18,449 nucleotides of DNA from positions 1 through 18,449 of the forward strand of contig CAWETI010000004.1 of NCBI GenBank assembly GCA_963812015.1, written 5' to 3'. Positions 7,126-16,708 of the stretch are shown here, piece after piece (within the stretch, counting starts at the first letter, position 1; every line of letters starts with the position of its first letter). This DNA is from an uncultured delta proteobacterium. Its GTDB lineage: Bacteria; Desulfobacterota; Desulfobaccia; Desulfobaccales; 0-14-0-80-60-11. A model generated the notes under the pieces. The model did not search any database. It had not been told where the DNA came from and saw only the letters and a list, made by a program, of their open reading frames with translations. Made by a program: the position numbers and the translations under genes.

Positions 7126-8460
7126 ATGGACGTTCTCATGCTGTCTCGGCTGCAATTTGCCGCAGCCATCTTTTTCCATTTTCTTTTTGTGCCCCTGACC
7201 CTGGGCCTGTCCATCCTCATCGCCATCATGGAGACTATTTATGTCAAAACCGGCGACGAAGATTACCGGCGCATGGCCAAATTTTGGGGCAAGATCTTCC
7301 TGGTGAACTTTGCCGTGGGGGTGGTGACCGGGATTACCCTGGAATTTCAGTTCGGCGCCAACTGGTCCCGGTACTCCCGGTATGTGGGGGATATTTTCGG
7401 GTCGCTGTTGGCCATCGAGGCCACCCTGGCCTTTTTCCTGGAGTCCACCTTCCTGGCGGTCTGGGCCTTCGGCTGGAAACGGCTCTCGCCCCGCTTGCAT
7501 TGCGCCTGCATCTGGCTGGTGGCCTTCGCCTCCAACCTCTCGGCCCTGTGGATCCTCATCGCCAACTCCTGGATGCAGCATCCGGTGGGCTATGTTCTCA
7601 GGAACGGCCGGGCCGAACTGAGCGACTTTATGGCCGTGGTCACCCAGCCCTTCGCCTTCCAGCAGTTTCTCCACACGGTGTGCGGCGCCTATATCCTGGC
7701 GGGCTTCGTGGTCATGGGGATCAGCGCCTACCACCTGCTGCGGCGGCAAAATACCACCTTTTTCGCCAAGTCCTTCCGCCTGGCCCTGGGCTTCGCGTTG
7801 ATCTTCTCCGTCGCTGAGGTCGTCCAGGGGCACATCCACGGCGCCGAGGTGGCCAAGATCCAGCCCACCAAGCTGGCGGCCATGGAATCCCACTGGGATA
7901 CCCAGGCCGGGGCCCCCATGTGGCTGATGCTGATTCCCGACCAGGACCACGAAGGCAATCTGGTGGAGTTCGGCCGCATCCCCGACGCCTTAAGTATGCT
8001 GGCCTACCACTCCCCCCAGGCCGTGGTCAAGGGGCTCAAGGACTTCCCCAAAGGTGACCGACCGCCGGTGGCCCTGACCTTTATCTCCTTCCGGCTGATG
8101 GTGGGCCTGGGCTTTCTCTTTGTCCTGCTGACGCTGGTGGGCTGGTTCAAGCGGAACAAACTGGAGTCGAGCCCGGGCTATTTGAAGGTGATGCTCTATG
8201 CCATCCCGCTGCCCTACCTGGCCTTAGAGGCCGGCTGGATGGTGGCCGAAGTGGGCCGGCAGCCCTGGATCGTCTACGGCCTGATGCGCACCTCCGATGC
8301 CGTATCTCCCATCGCCGCTTCCCAGGTGTGGACGACCCTGGTGGCCTTCATCCTGGTATACTCGCTGTTGGGGGCGGTGGCGTTTTACCTCATGGCCAAA
8401 TTTGCCAAGCAAGGGCCGACACCGGCCCCGGCCGTCACCAATCAGGGGGAGGGCTCATGA
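7126..8460 (+). CDS. cydA: Cytochrome bd quinol oxidase subunit I (short Q-loop type)
   Basis: LSRLQFA, FHFLFVPLTLG, GVVTGITLEFQFG, FFLESTF, ANSWMQHPVG, KLAAME, FRLMVG, AEVGRQPW; AAGGAGGT RBS. Confidence 0.97.
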   Translation: MDVLMLSRLQFAAAIFFHFLFVPLTLGLSILIAIMETIYVKTGDEDYRRMAKFWGKIFLVNFAVGVVTGITLEFQFGANWSRYSRYVGDIFGSLLAIEATLAFFLESTFLAVWAFGWKRLSPRLHCACIWLVAFASNLSALWILIANSWMQHPVGYVLRNGRAELSDFMAVVTQPFAFQQFLHTVCGAYILAGFVVMGISAYHLLRRQNTTFFAKSFRLALGFALIFSVAEVVQGHIHGAEVAKIQPTKLAAMESHWDTQAGAPMWLMLIPDQDHEGNLVEFGRIPDALSMLAYHSPQAVVKGLKDFPKGDRPPVALTFISFRLMVGLGFLFVLLTLVGWFKRNKLESSPGYLKVMLYAIPLPYLALEAGWMVAEVGRQPWIVYGLMRTSDAVSPIAASQVWTTLVAFILVYSLLGAVAFYLMAKFAKQGPTPAPAVTNQGEGS

Positions 8461-9485
8461 TGTTGCCGACTATCTGGTTTATTCTCTGGGGTGTCTTGTG
8501 GGCCGTTTACTTCATGCTGGACGGATTTGACCTGGGCCTGGGGACCCTGATGCCCTTTCTGACCAAAGACGATACCGAGCGACGGGTCATCTACCGGGCC
8601 ATGGGGCCGTTCTGGGACGGCAACGAAGTCTGGCTCATCACCGCGGGGGGCGTGACCTTTGCGGCCTTCCCCACCACCTACGCCGTGATGTTCAGCGGCC
8701 TCTATTCGGCCCTGATGCTCATTCTCTTCGCCCTGATTTTAAGGGGCGTCTCTCTGGCCTTCCGGGGGGAAGTGGACGACCCTCGCTGGCGGCGCCTGTG
8801 GGATACCGGCCTGTTCCTGGGGAGCTTCCTGCCGGCCCTGCTCTTCGGGGTAGCCTTTGCCAACCTTTTTAAGGGCATCCCCATCGACGCCGAGGGCATC
8901 TTTCAGGGGAACCTGCTCACCCTGCTCAATCCCTACGGCCTGGCCGGGGGCCTCCTGTTCGTGCTGCTGTTTCTGCTCCACGGCTCCTTGTGGCTGGCAG
9001 TCAAAACCCGCGGGGAGCTGCACCGGCGGGCGGCGCACCTGGCGCTCAAAACCTGGCCGATTCTTCTGGTCATGGCCGTGATCTTCCTGTTGGCCACGAA
9101 GCGCTGGACCGGGCTCTTTGACAATTACGCCGCCAACCCGGTGCTGCTCCTCATCCCGGTGGTGGCGGTGGCGGCCCTCATCATGATCCGGGCCTTCATC
9201 AAACGGGCCCAGTGGTGGAAGGCCTGGTTCGCTTCCAGCCTGGCCATCGTGGGCATCACCCTGTTCGGGGTGGTGGGCCTCTATCCCGCCCTGCTGAAAT
9301 CCAGCCTCAACCCGGCCTACAGCCTGACCATATTCAACTCGGCTTCCAGCCCCCTAACCCTGAAGATCATGCTGGGCGTGGCCCTGACCTTCGTGCCCCT
9401 GGTCATTGCCTACCAGGTCTGGGTCCACTTCCTCTTCAGAGACAAGGTGGAGCCCGAAGACCTGGCCAAAGAGGACCAGTATTGA
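8457..9485 (+). CDS. cydB: Cytochrome bd quinol oxidase subunit II
   Basis: ATGA overlap with cydA stop; LDGFDLG, GPFWDGNEVWL, FAAFP, SLTIFNSASS motifs. Confidence 0.96.
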   Translation: MMLPTIWFILWGVLWAVYFMLDGFDLGLGTLMPFLTKDDTERRVIYRAMGPFWDGNEVWLITAGGVTFAAFPTTYAVMFSGLYSALMLILFALILRGVSLAFRGEVDDPRWRRLWDTGLFLGSFLPALLFGVAFANLFKGIPIDAEGIFQGNLLTLLNPYGLAGGLLFVLLFLLHGSLWLAVKTRGELHRRAAHLALKTWPILLVMAVIFLLATKRWTGLFDNYAANPVLLLIPVVAVAALIMIRAFIKRAQWWKAWFASSLAIVGITLFGVVGLYPALLKSSLNPAYSLTIFNSASSPLTLKIMLGVALTFVPLVIAYQVWVHFLFRDKVEPEDLAKEDQY

Positions 9486-9559
9486 CCTGAAATGATGGAA
9501 AGAGTGTTGTATCCCCGATAAATCTTTAACAAATAGTCCTCCTTATTTGGGAGGTCTTC

Positions 9560-9587
9560 GTAGGGGCGGTGAGGGCACCGCCCCTGC
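9560..9587. repeat. GTAG-type REP-like palindrome (may also act as cydAB 3' stem-loop)
   Basis: GTAGGGGCGGTG-AGGG-CACCGCCCCTGC, 12-bp stem with one G-T pair. Confidence 0.7.
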
Positions 9588-9887
9588 AACGGCCTCCGGG
9601 ACTGGCAGCCAAAAATTGTCAGATATTCCCCGGACATGACCATAGATGATGCGGCCGCCTGGCCCCTGCCGGGATCAGGCGGCCCCTGCCGTTCAGCACG
9701 TCTTGGCTGATTCTTTTCCCCCACTCCCCGAAGCGCTGCTGGTCTTGGCGGCCCCAACCTCGTGGTTCGTTTCCTTGCCCTTAAACTGATCGCCTCGGAC
9801 CTGGGCTGCCCCGGGGGGTCGGGCTCCAGGGACGGCTGGCTAAATTTTAAGGCCGCCGGCGCTTCAGCCTATGAATTTTTCCTTGAA

Positions 9888-9916
9888 TAAACAAGCTTAT
9901 TATGTAAGATTGTTTA
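9888..9916. promoter_or_regulatory. Palindromic candidate operator upstream of the MerR-type gene
   Basis: TAAACAAGCTTA-TTATG-TAAGATTGTTTA, 11/12 inverted match; perfect TATAAT at 9931-9936 just downstream. Confidence 0.6.
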
Positions 9917-9941
9917 AACCTATTTTGGTATATAATGAACT

Positions 9942-10400
9942 ATGCCCCGAGGAAAAGCCAAATACATCCGTTGTGAAGGGGACGGGGGGGAACTCTTTTT
10001 AATCAACGAGGTCTCCCGGCTGGTCAACCTCTCCCAAAAACGCATCCGTGAATATGAAAAAGAGGGGTTTATTAAACCCTTAAGGGAGAAGAACACCAAC
10101 AACCGGCTCTATTCTAATTTTGATGTGGCCCAGATCAACCAGGTCAATAGTTTGATCCATGACCGGGGCTTTACCCTGGCCTGCCTCCGCAACCTGATGG
10201 TCCTCGCCCCTTGTTGGAATATTTACGACTGCGACAAGAAAGAGGAGTGTCCCGCGTTTCAGCTCCCCTGGCGGCCCTGTTATGAAGTGCGGGAGTATCG
10301 GGGCACGATGTGCGATGGCCCCTGCTCCCGGTGCGCCGTCTATCTCAACCGCATGGTCAAAAGAGAAAAAATCCTGCAAAAATATACGGCTGAACCTTGA
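9942..10400 (+). CDS. MerR-family HTH regulator with Cys-rich C-terminal domain
   Basis: FLINEVSRLVNLSQKRIREYEKEGFIKPLREKNTNNRLYS is a MerR HTH; C-terminus PCWNIYDC..EECPAF..PCYEV..MCDGPCSRCAVY. Confidence 0.85.
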   Translation: MPRGKAKYIRCEGDGGELFLINEVSRLVNLSQKRIREYEKEGFIKPLREKNTNNRLYSNFDVAQINQVNSLIHDRGFTLACLRNLMVLAPCWNIYDCDKKEECPAFQLPWRPCYEVREYRGTMCDGPCSRCAVYLNRMVKREKILQKYTAEP

Positions 10401-10930
10401 TTGCGTGCCTCCCCTCCCCGCCGTCCACACCCCCTCCCGCCCCCCGGGTTAAAGCCATTGCCATTGTCGGACCATCCAATTCCGGCAAGACCGAGCTCAT
10501 CTGCGGTTTGCTGGCCTGGCTCGCGGCCCAGGGGCTCAAGGCGGCGGTCCTGAAGCATTCTCACCATCTCCATCTGGCCGATGACGGCAAAGACACCGGG
10601 CGCTACCGCCGGGCCGGGGCGGGTCTGGTGGCCCTGGCAGCCCCGGGACTGCTGCAAATTACCCGTTCGGGGGCCGGGGAGCCGGCGCTGACGACGATCC
10701 TGGCCGAGCTGGCCCCGGCAGCCGACCTGATCCTGGTGGAAGGCTACAAAGACAGTGACTTGCCCAAGGTGGGCCTGGCGCCCCTGGAAGCCGTCCCCAC
10801 GCTGCCGGACTATCCCGGGCTGGTGGCCTGGGTCAGTTCCTGGCCCCTCACCACGGACCTGCCGGTATTCCATCCCCGGCAAGTGGCGGAAATTGGCCGG
10901 TTTATCCAGGATCAGCTCGGATGCCGATGA
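10397..10930 (+). CDS. mobB: Molybdopterin-guanine dinucleotide biosynthesis protein B
   Basis: Walker A IAIVGPSNSGKT, VLKHSHH, GKDTGRY..AGA, DLILVEGYK. Start uncertain (TTG overlapping the MerR stop). Confidence 0.9.
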   Translation: MIACLPSPPSTPPPAPRVKAIAIVGPSNSGKTELICGLLAWLAAQGLKAAVLKHSHHLHLADDGKDTGRYRRAGAGLVALAAPGLLQITRSGAGEPALTTILAELAPAADLILVEGYKDSDLPKVGLAPLEAVPTLPDYPGLVAWVSSWPLTTDLPVFHPRQVAEIGRFIQDQLGCR

Positions 10931-11012
10931 TGCCGGCAAGGACGGCGAATGCTCGGTTGGGAAGATCAGCCTAAATTATTATCCAATCCTCAAGGATTAC
11001 TGATGCAGAAAG

Positions 11013-11095
11013 TCCCCCTTTGAAAAAGGGGGATTTAGGGGGATTTCCACGCGGTTAAAAAAATCCCCCCTGACCCCCCTTTGGGAAAGGGGGGA
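11013..11095. repeat. Inverted pair of CCCCCTTT...AAAGGGGG REP-like units (REP doublet)
   Basis: TCCCCCTTTGAAAAAGGGGGATTTAGGGGGATTT (11013-11046) and near reverse complement AAATCCCCCCTGACCCCCCTTTGGGAAAGGGGGGA (11061-11095). Confidence 0.8.
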
Positions 11096-11128
11096 AATAA
11101 AAACCCCTTCCAAATAATTAGCGGACTT

Positions 11129-11809
11129 ATGCAATTAAGTACTGGGAAGGCCGGAGCGCCCCGCCTCACGGGCGCCATCCTGGCCGGAGGATTCAGCCGC
11201 CGCCTGGGGCAAGACAAGGCGGCGCTGCCCCTGGGCGGGATACCCCTGGCCCTTCGGGTGCACGCGGCCCTGGCCCCCCTGGTCACCACCTGCTGGCTCA
11301 TTACGAACCAACCCCTGGCTCATCTCACCTTTGGCCTGCCGCTCCTGACGGACTTGCGGCCTTTCCAGGGACCGGCCGGCGGGCTCCTCACCGCCCTGTT
11401 CTTTGCCCAAACCCCCTGGGTGCTGGCCGCGGCAGTGGATAATCCCTTTCTGGTTCCGGCCCTGCTGGCCGAACTGGCGGCCCGGGCCAGCCGCACCTCC
11501 CGCCCGGCGGTGGTCTGTCGGTCCCCCCGGGGCCTGGAGCCGTTTCCCGGGCTCTATGCCGTCCGCCTGCTGCCCGCTTTACAAGACTTTCTCCGGACCG
11601 ACCATCGCCCCACCCGTTTCCTGGAAATGTGCCGTCCCCAGATTATTTCGGAGACGGAAGTAGCCGCTCTGGACCCCGAAGGCCGCAGTTTTTTTAACCT
11701 CAATACCCCCGGGGACCTGAACCGGGCCGAGGCCTGGCTGGCCGGGAGGGATTCCTGGCGAGACCCTGCCGGCCAGGTTGAGATAACCGGGACCGACTCT
11801 GGGAGTTGA
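11129..11809 (+). CDS. mobA: Molybdenum cofactor guanylyltransferase
   Basis: GAILAGGFSRRLGQDKA, QGPAGGL, VDNPF, LEPFPGLY, SFFNLNTPGDL; ATG 11129 chosen because the upstream TTG start lies inside the repeat. Confidence 0.92.
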   Translation: MQLSTGKAGAPRLTGAILAGGFSRRLGQDKAALPLGGIPLALRVHAALAPLVTTCWLITNQPLAHLTFGLPLLTDLRPFQGPAGGLLTALFFAQTPWVLAAAVDNPFLVPALLAELAARASRTSRPAVVCRSPRGLEPFPGLYAVRLLPALQDFLRTDHRPTRFLEMCRPQIISETEVAALDPEGRSFFNLNTPGDLNRAEAWLAGRDSWRDPAGQVEITGTDSGS

Positions 11810-11853
11810 GGGCGGCTACGCACCTTTTCCCGGGCCGGCCCCGGCTCCTCCTC

Positions 11854-11882
11854 TTGACACCATCTCATCGCTGCGATATAAA
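11854..11882 (+). promoter_or_regulatory. sigma70 promoter of tRNA-Glu
   Basis: TTGACA 11854-11859, 17 bp, TATAAA 11877-11882, 9 nt before the tRNA. Confidence 0.75.
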
Positions 11883-11891
11883 AATGGGCGC

Positions 11892-11967
11892 GGTCCCATC
11901 GTCTAGGGGCCTAGGACACCGCCCTCTCACGGCGGAGACACGGGTTCGATTCCCGTTGGGACTACCA
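11892..11967 (+). tRNA. tRNA-Glu (anticodon CTC)
   Basis: GGTCCCA/TGGGACT acceptor stem, CCGCC-CTCTCAC-GGCGG anticodon arm, GTTCGATTC T loop, encoded CCA; 76 nt. Confidence 0.96.
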
Positions 11968-12160
11968 ACCGCAGCCATCGCCTCCTGATTTTCCCTCAGG
12001 GTTGCTCCAGACTGGGCACGACCGTTCTCCGCTTTTCCCGATCCCGACCCTTTCTCCCTGATTTCGGCGGCCTCATGCCGGTCTTCCGGATCGGGCCGGC
12101 TTGCGGTCGACTTGCGCGGTTACCCCGCCGCCGCCTGCCTGGGGGTGAGATTCCCCCGCG

Positions 12161-12268
12161 CTACTCGACTTCGCAGCCCAGGGCGGCGCGGTCCACCACT
12201 AGGTCTTTGACTACCGGCAGGGCCCGGCCCCGGAAAGGCTCGATGACTGTTCGCCTAACCCGGTTCAT
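12161..12268 (-). pseudogene. Internal remnant of a succinate dehydrogenase/fumarate reductase Fe-S subunit (sdhB/frdB-like)
   Basis: 35-aa ORF MNRVRRTVIEPFRGRALPVVKDLVVDRAALGCEVE; IEP.R..A.PV.KDLVVDR is the characteristic SdhB/FrdB linker motif. Below the ORF-track length cutoff. Confidence 0.7.
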
Positions 12269-12309
12269 CGAATTTACCTTCTCAGATTCTTGGTTTGAGC
12301 TTACCCGGA

Positions 12310-14103
<1,794 letters not shown>

Positions 14104-14487
14104 CTACCTCTGCGATTTTAATGAATTAGCCTCAACCAAAAAGTTTATTATCAGCTACCACCAATTAATCTAAGCGTGCTTATATTCAAGTCAATGAAAG
14201 AATTAGCGTTGAAATTCCCTTGGAGCCCGGCCTTCTTCCTCTGATTCCCATTGATCCGGTCCGCGGCCCCAAGGGGCGATTATAAATAACCTCTTGATAA
14301 TTCGCTTAAATTCCCTTTTAGCCAAGGGGCGTTTTATGCTTCGGTTCGATAACCGCTCTTCTCATAATCTATCACTGAGTTTGGCAGTTAAGGACTAGAT
14401 TTTTACCGCCCCGGCCTCATAATAATCTCCCCTATGGCGCGAGGCCGAAGGAATGCTTAATTGTCTTGATCAGGGGCCGTTGCACCG

Positions 14488-14926
14488 GATGAGACCGCCG
14501 ACCTCGAAGCCGCCACCGCCGCGGTGGTGCAAAGCGCCTTTGGCTTTCAGGGGCAGAAATGCTCCGCGGCTTCCCGACTCATTGTGACCGAAGAAAATTA
14601 CGCCGCCTTCCTGGAAAAGCTCGTGGTTGCCACGCAAGCTCTGCAAGTCGGCCCGGCCGAGGCGAACTATCCCGTGGCGGCGGTGATCTCAGCGGAACAG
14701 CACGGGAAGGTCCTGGCAGAAATCGAGAGAGGCAAAGCTCAGGCGAAACTCCTGGTGGGAGGTAAAGCCGGGGACAAAGATGGCGGCTACTCTATCGAAC
14801 CCACGAACCCACGGTTTTTGCCGAGGTGCCGCCGAATTCCCGCCTCGGCCAGTACGAGATTTTTGGACCGGTGTTGGCCGTTATCCGCGCCCGGAACTTC
14901 GATGACGCGCTGCGTTTATTTAATGG
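14488..14926 (+). pseudogene. Internal, frameshifted fragment of 1-pyrroline-5-carboxylate dehydrogenase (PruA/RocA-type ALDH)
   Basis: DETADLEAA...SAFGFQGQKCSAASR...YSIEPT, then after an 8-bp duplication the homology continues in another frame: VFAEVPPNSRLGQYEIFGPVLAVIRARNFDDALRLFNG. N- and C-termini absent. Confidence 0.85.
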
Positions 14927-14982
14927 AGATGCAGACGGTAGCCGAAAAACTCTAACCTGACTCATTGGGAGATGGAACTAAG

Positions 14983-16401
14983 ATGATTAAGGGTTGTTTC
15001 ATCAACAATACCTGGGTGGAAACCGGGGAGAAGCTTGCCGTCCTCTCTCCCTGGTCCGGAGAAACGGTGGGGCAGGTGTCTCCGGCCGGAGAGGCCGAAT
15101 GGGAAGCGGCCGTTGCCGCGGCCCAAAAGGCCGCCAGCACCTTCAAGGCCCTATCCAGCCTGGAGCGCCAGCAGATGCTGGAAAAGCTGGCGGCAGGGGT
15201 CAAGGCCCGCCAGGAGGAACTGGCCCAAACCATCGTGGCGGAAGGGGGCAAGCCCATCACCTACGCCCGGGGTGAGATGGCCCGGGGCGTGCTCACCCTG
15301 AGCCTGGCGGCACAGGAGGCCACCAGAATCGGGGGCGAGGTCCTTCCCCTGGATTTAACCCCGGCCAGCCGGGGCCGGTGGGGTATAACCCGGCGCTTCC
15401 CTCTGGGTCCGGTTTTGGGGATTTCTCCCTTTAATTTCCCCTTCAACCTGGTGGCCCACAAGGTAGGACCGGCCCTGGCCGCGGGCAATCCCATCATTAT
15501 CAAGCCGCCCTCGGCCACCCCTTTGACCGCGCTCAAGTTGGCGGAAATCTATGCGCAAGCCGGCCTCCCCCCCGGGGGATTGCAGGTTTTGCCCAGCCCC
15601 TCCCAGTTGACCGAAACGTATGCAGCCGATGCGCGTCTCAAGGCCATCTCCTTCACCGGCAGCGCCGCAGTGGGCTGGCGCCTCAAGGGATTGGCGGGGC
15701 CCAAGAAGGTCATCCTGGAACTGGGGGGCAACGCCGCCTGTATTGTGGACGCCGACGCCGACCTGTCGCAGGCCGCCATCCGGAGCGCCATCGGCGCCTT
15801 TGCCCACGCCGGCCAGGTCTGCATTTCGGTCCAGCGTCTCCTGGTGCACCAGGATATTTTTGCGGCCTTTAAAGAAATTTTCCTCAAGACCGTGAGAGAC
15901 AAGGTGGTGGCAGGGGACCCCTGGCGTGAGGAAACCGTGGTGGGGCCGTTTATTGACGCCGGGGCCGGGGCCAGGGTCAGGCAGTGGGTGGATGAGGCCC
16001 TGAGAGAAGGGGCGCGCCGGGTGGCCGGCGGCCCTGGAGCGGGAAACCTCATGCCGCCCACGGTGCTGGAGGGCGTGAGCCGGGATATGAAGGTCTGGAA
16101 GGATGAAATCTTCGGGCCGGTGGTGATTTTAACTCCCTTCGCCGATTTCACCCAGGCGCTGGAGATGGCCAATGACTCGGTTTACGGGCTCCAGGCCGGG
16201 GTCTTTACCCGGAACCTGGCTCACGCCTGGCAGGCCTTTGAGACCCTGGAAGTGGGGGGGGTGATCATCAACGATGTCCCGGCCTTCCGGGTGGACAATA
16301 TGCCCTACGGCGGGGTCAAGGCTTCGGGCTTTGGCCGGGAAGGCCTGCGCTACGCCGTGGAAGAACTCACGGAGATTCGGCTGCTGGCCCTGCACGGGTG
16401 A
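14983..16401 (+). CDS. NAD(P)-dependent aldehyde dehydrogenase (ALDH21/GAPN/lactaldehyde-DH-like clade)
   Basis: ISPFNFPFNL, IKP, FTGSAAVG, LELGGN, AGQVCIS (catalytic Cys), EIFGPV, MPYGGVKASGFGREG. Substrate not determinable. Confidence 0.9.
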   Translation: MIKGCFINNTWVETGEKLAVLSPWSGETVGQVSPAGEAEWEAAVAAAQKAASTFKALSSLERQQMLEKLAAGVKARQEELAQTIVAEGGKPITYARGEMARGVLTLSLAAQEATRIGGEVLPLDLTPASRGRWGITRRFPLGPVLGISPFNFPFNLVAHKVGPALAAGNPIIIKPPSATPLTALKLAEIYAQAGLPPGGLQVLPSPSQLTETYAADARLKAISFTGSAAVGWRLKGLAGPKKVILELGGNAACIVDADADLSQAAIRSAIGAFAHAGQVCISVQRLLVHQDIFAAFKEIFLKTVRDKVVAGDPWREETVVGPFIDAGAGARVRQWVDEALREGARRVAGGPGAGNLMPPTVLEGVSRDMKVWKDEIFGPVVILTPFADFTQALEMANDSVYGLQAGVFTRNLAHAWQAFETLEVGGVIINDVPAFRVDNMPYGGVKASGFGREGLRYAVEELTEIRLLALHG

Positions 16402-16427
16402 GGAAGTGCAGATCACGGCCCCTGAGG

Positions 16428-16650
16428 ATGAAGCTGCACCGTTTTTCACCGGTGGAATTCGGCAACCCTGATTTTGTCAAGTATGCCGAGAGTTTCGGAG
16501 CCAAAGGGTTACTGCATGCAGGCGGCCGGGGAACTGCTGCCGCGGCTTACGCGGGCGCTGGCCGAGGACACGGTATCCGTGATCGCCTGCCCCGTGGACT
16601 ACTCGGAGAACCCAAACTCACCGAGAAACTGGAGCATCTGACCGAACCGG
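16428..16650 (+). pseudogene. C-terminal remnant of an acetolactate synthase large subunit-like TPP enzyme with two frameshifts
   Basis: FGNPDFVKYAESFGAKG | GYCMQAAGELLPRLTRALAEDTVSVIACPVDYSEN | KLTEKL reads across frameshifts near 16508 and 16611; all upstream domains missing. Confidence 0.82.
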
Positions 16651-16708
16651 CCAAGATCAGGTGCCTGGAAAAAACAAGTAATAGCAAACCTTAGACGGAG
16701 ATAAGCTC

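Noticed and set aside
8328..8456. N-terminal extension of CydB in the ORF track (also 4528-4551, 11081-11128, 14965-14982 for other genes)
   Set aside because: Upstream alternative starts overlap other genes or repeats or lack an RBS; downstream ATGs fit homology better.
9486..9530. cydX/cydY small subunit after cydB
   Set aside because: Only a 9-codon non-hydrophobic ORF (MMERVLYPR) follows cydB.
14269..14332. Direct repeat CCAAGGGGCG twice in the maeA upstream region
   Set aside because: Two 10-mers with no symmetry or known motif; could be chance.
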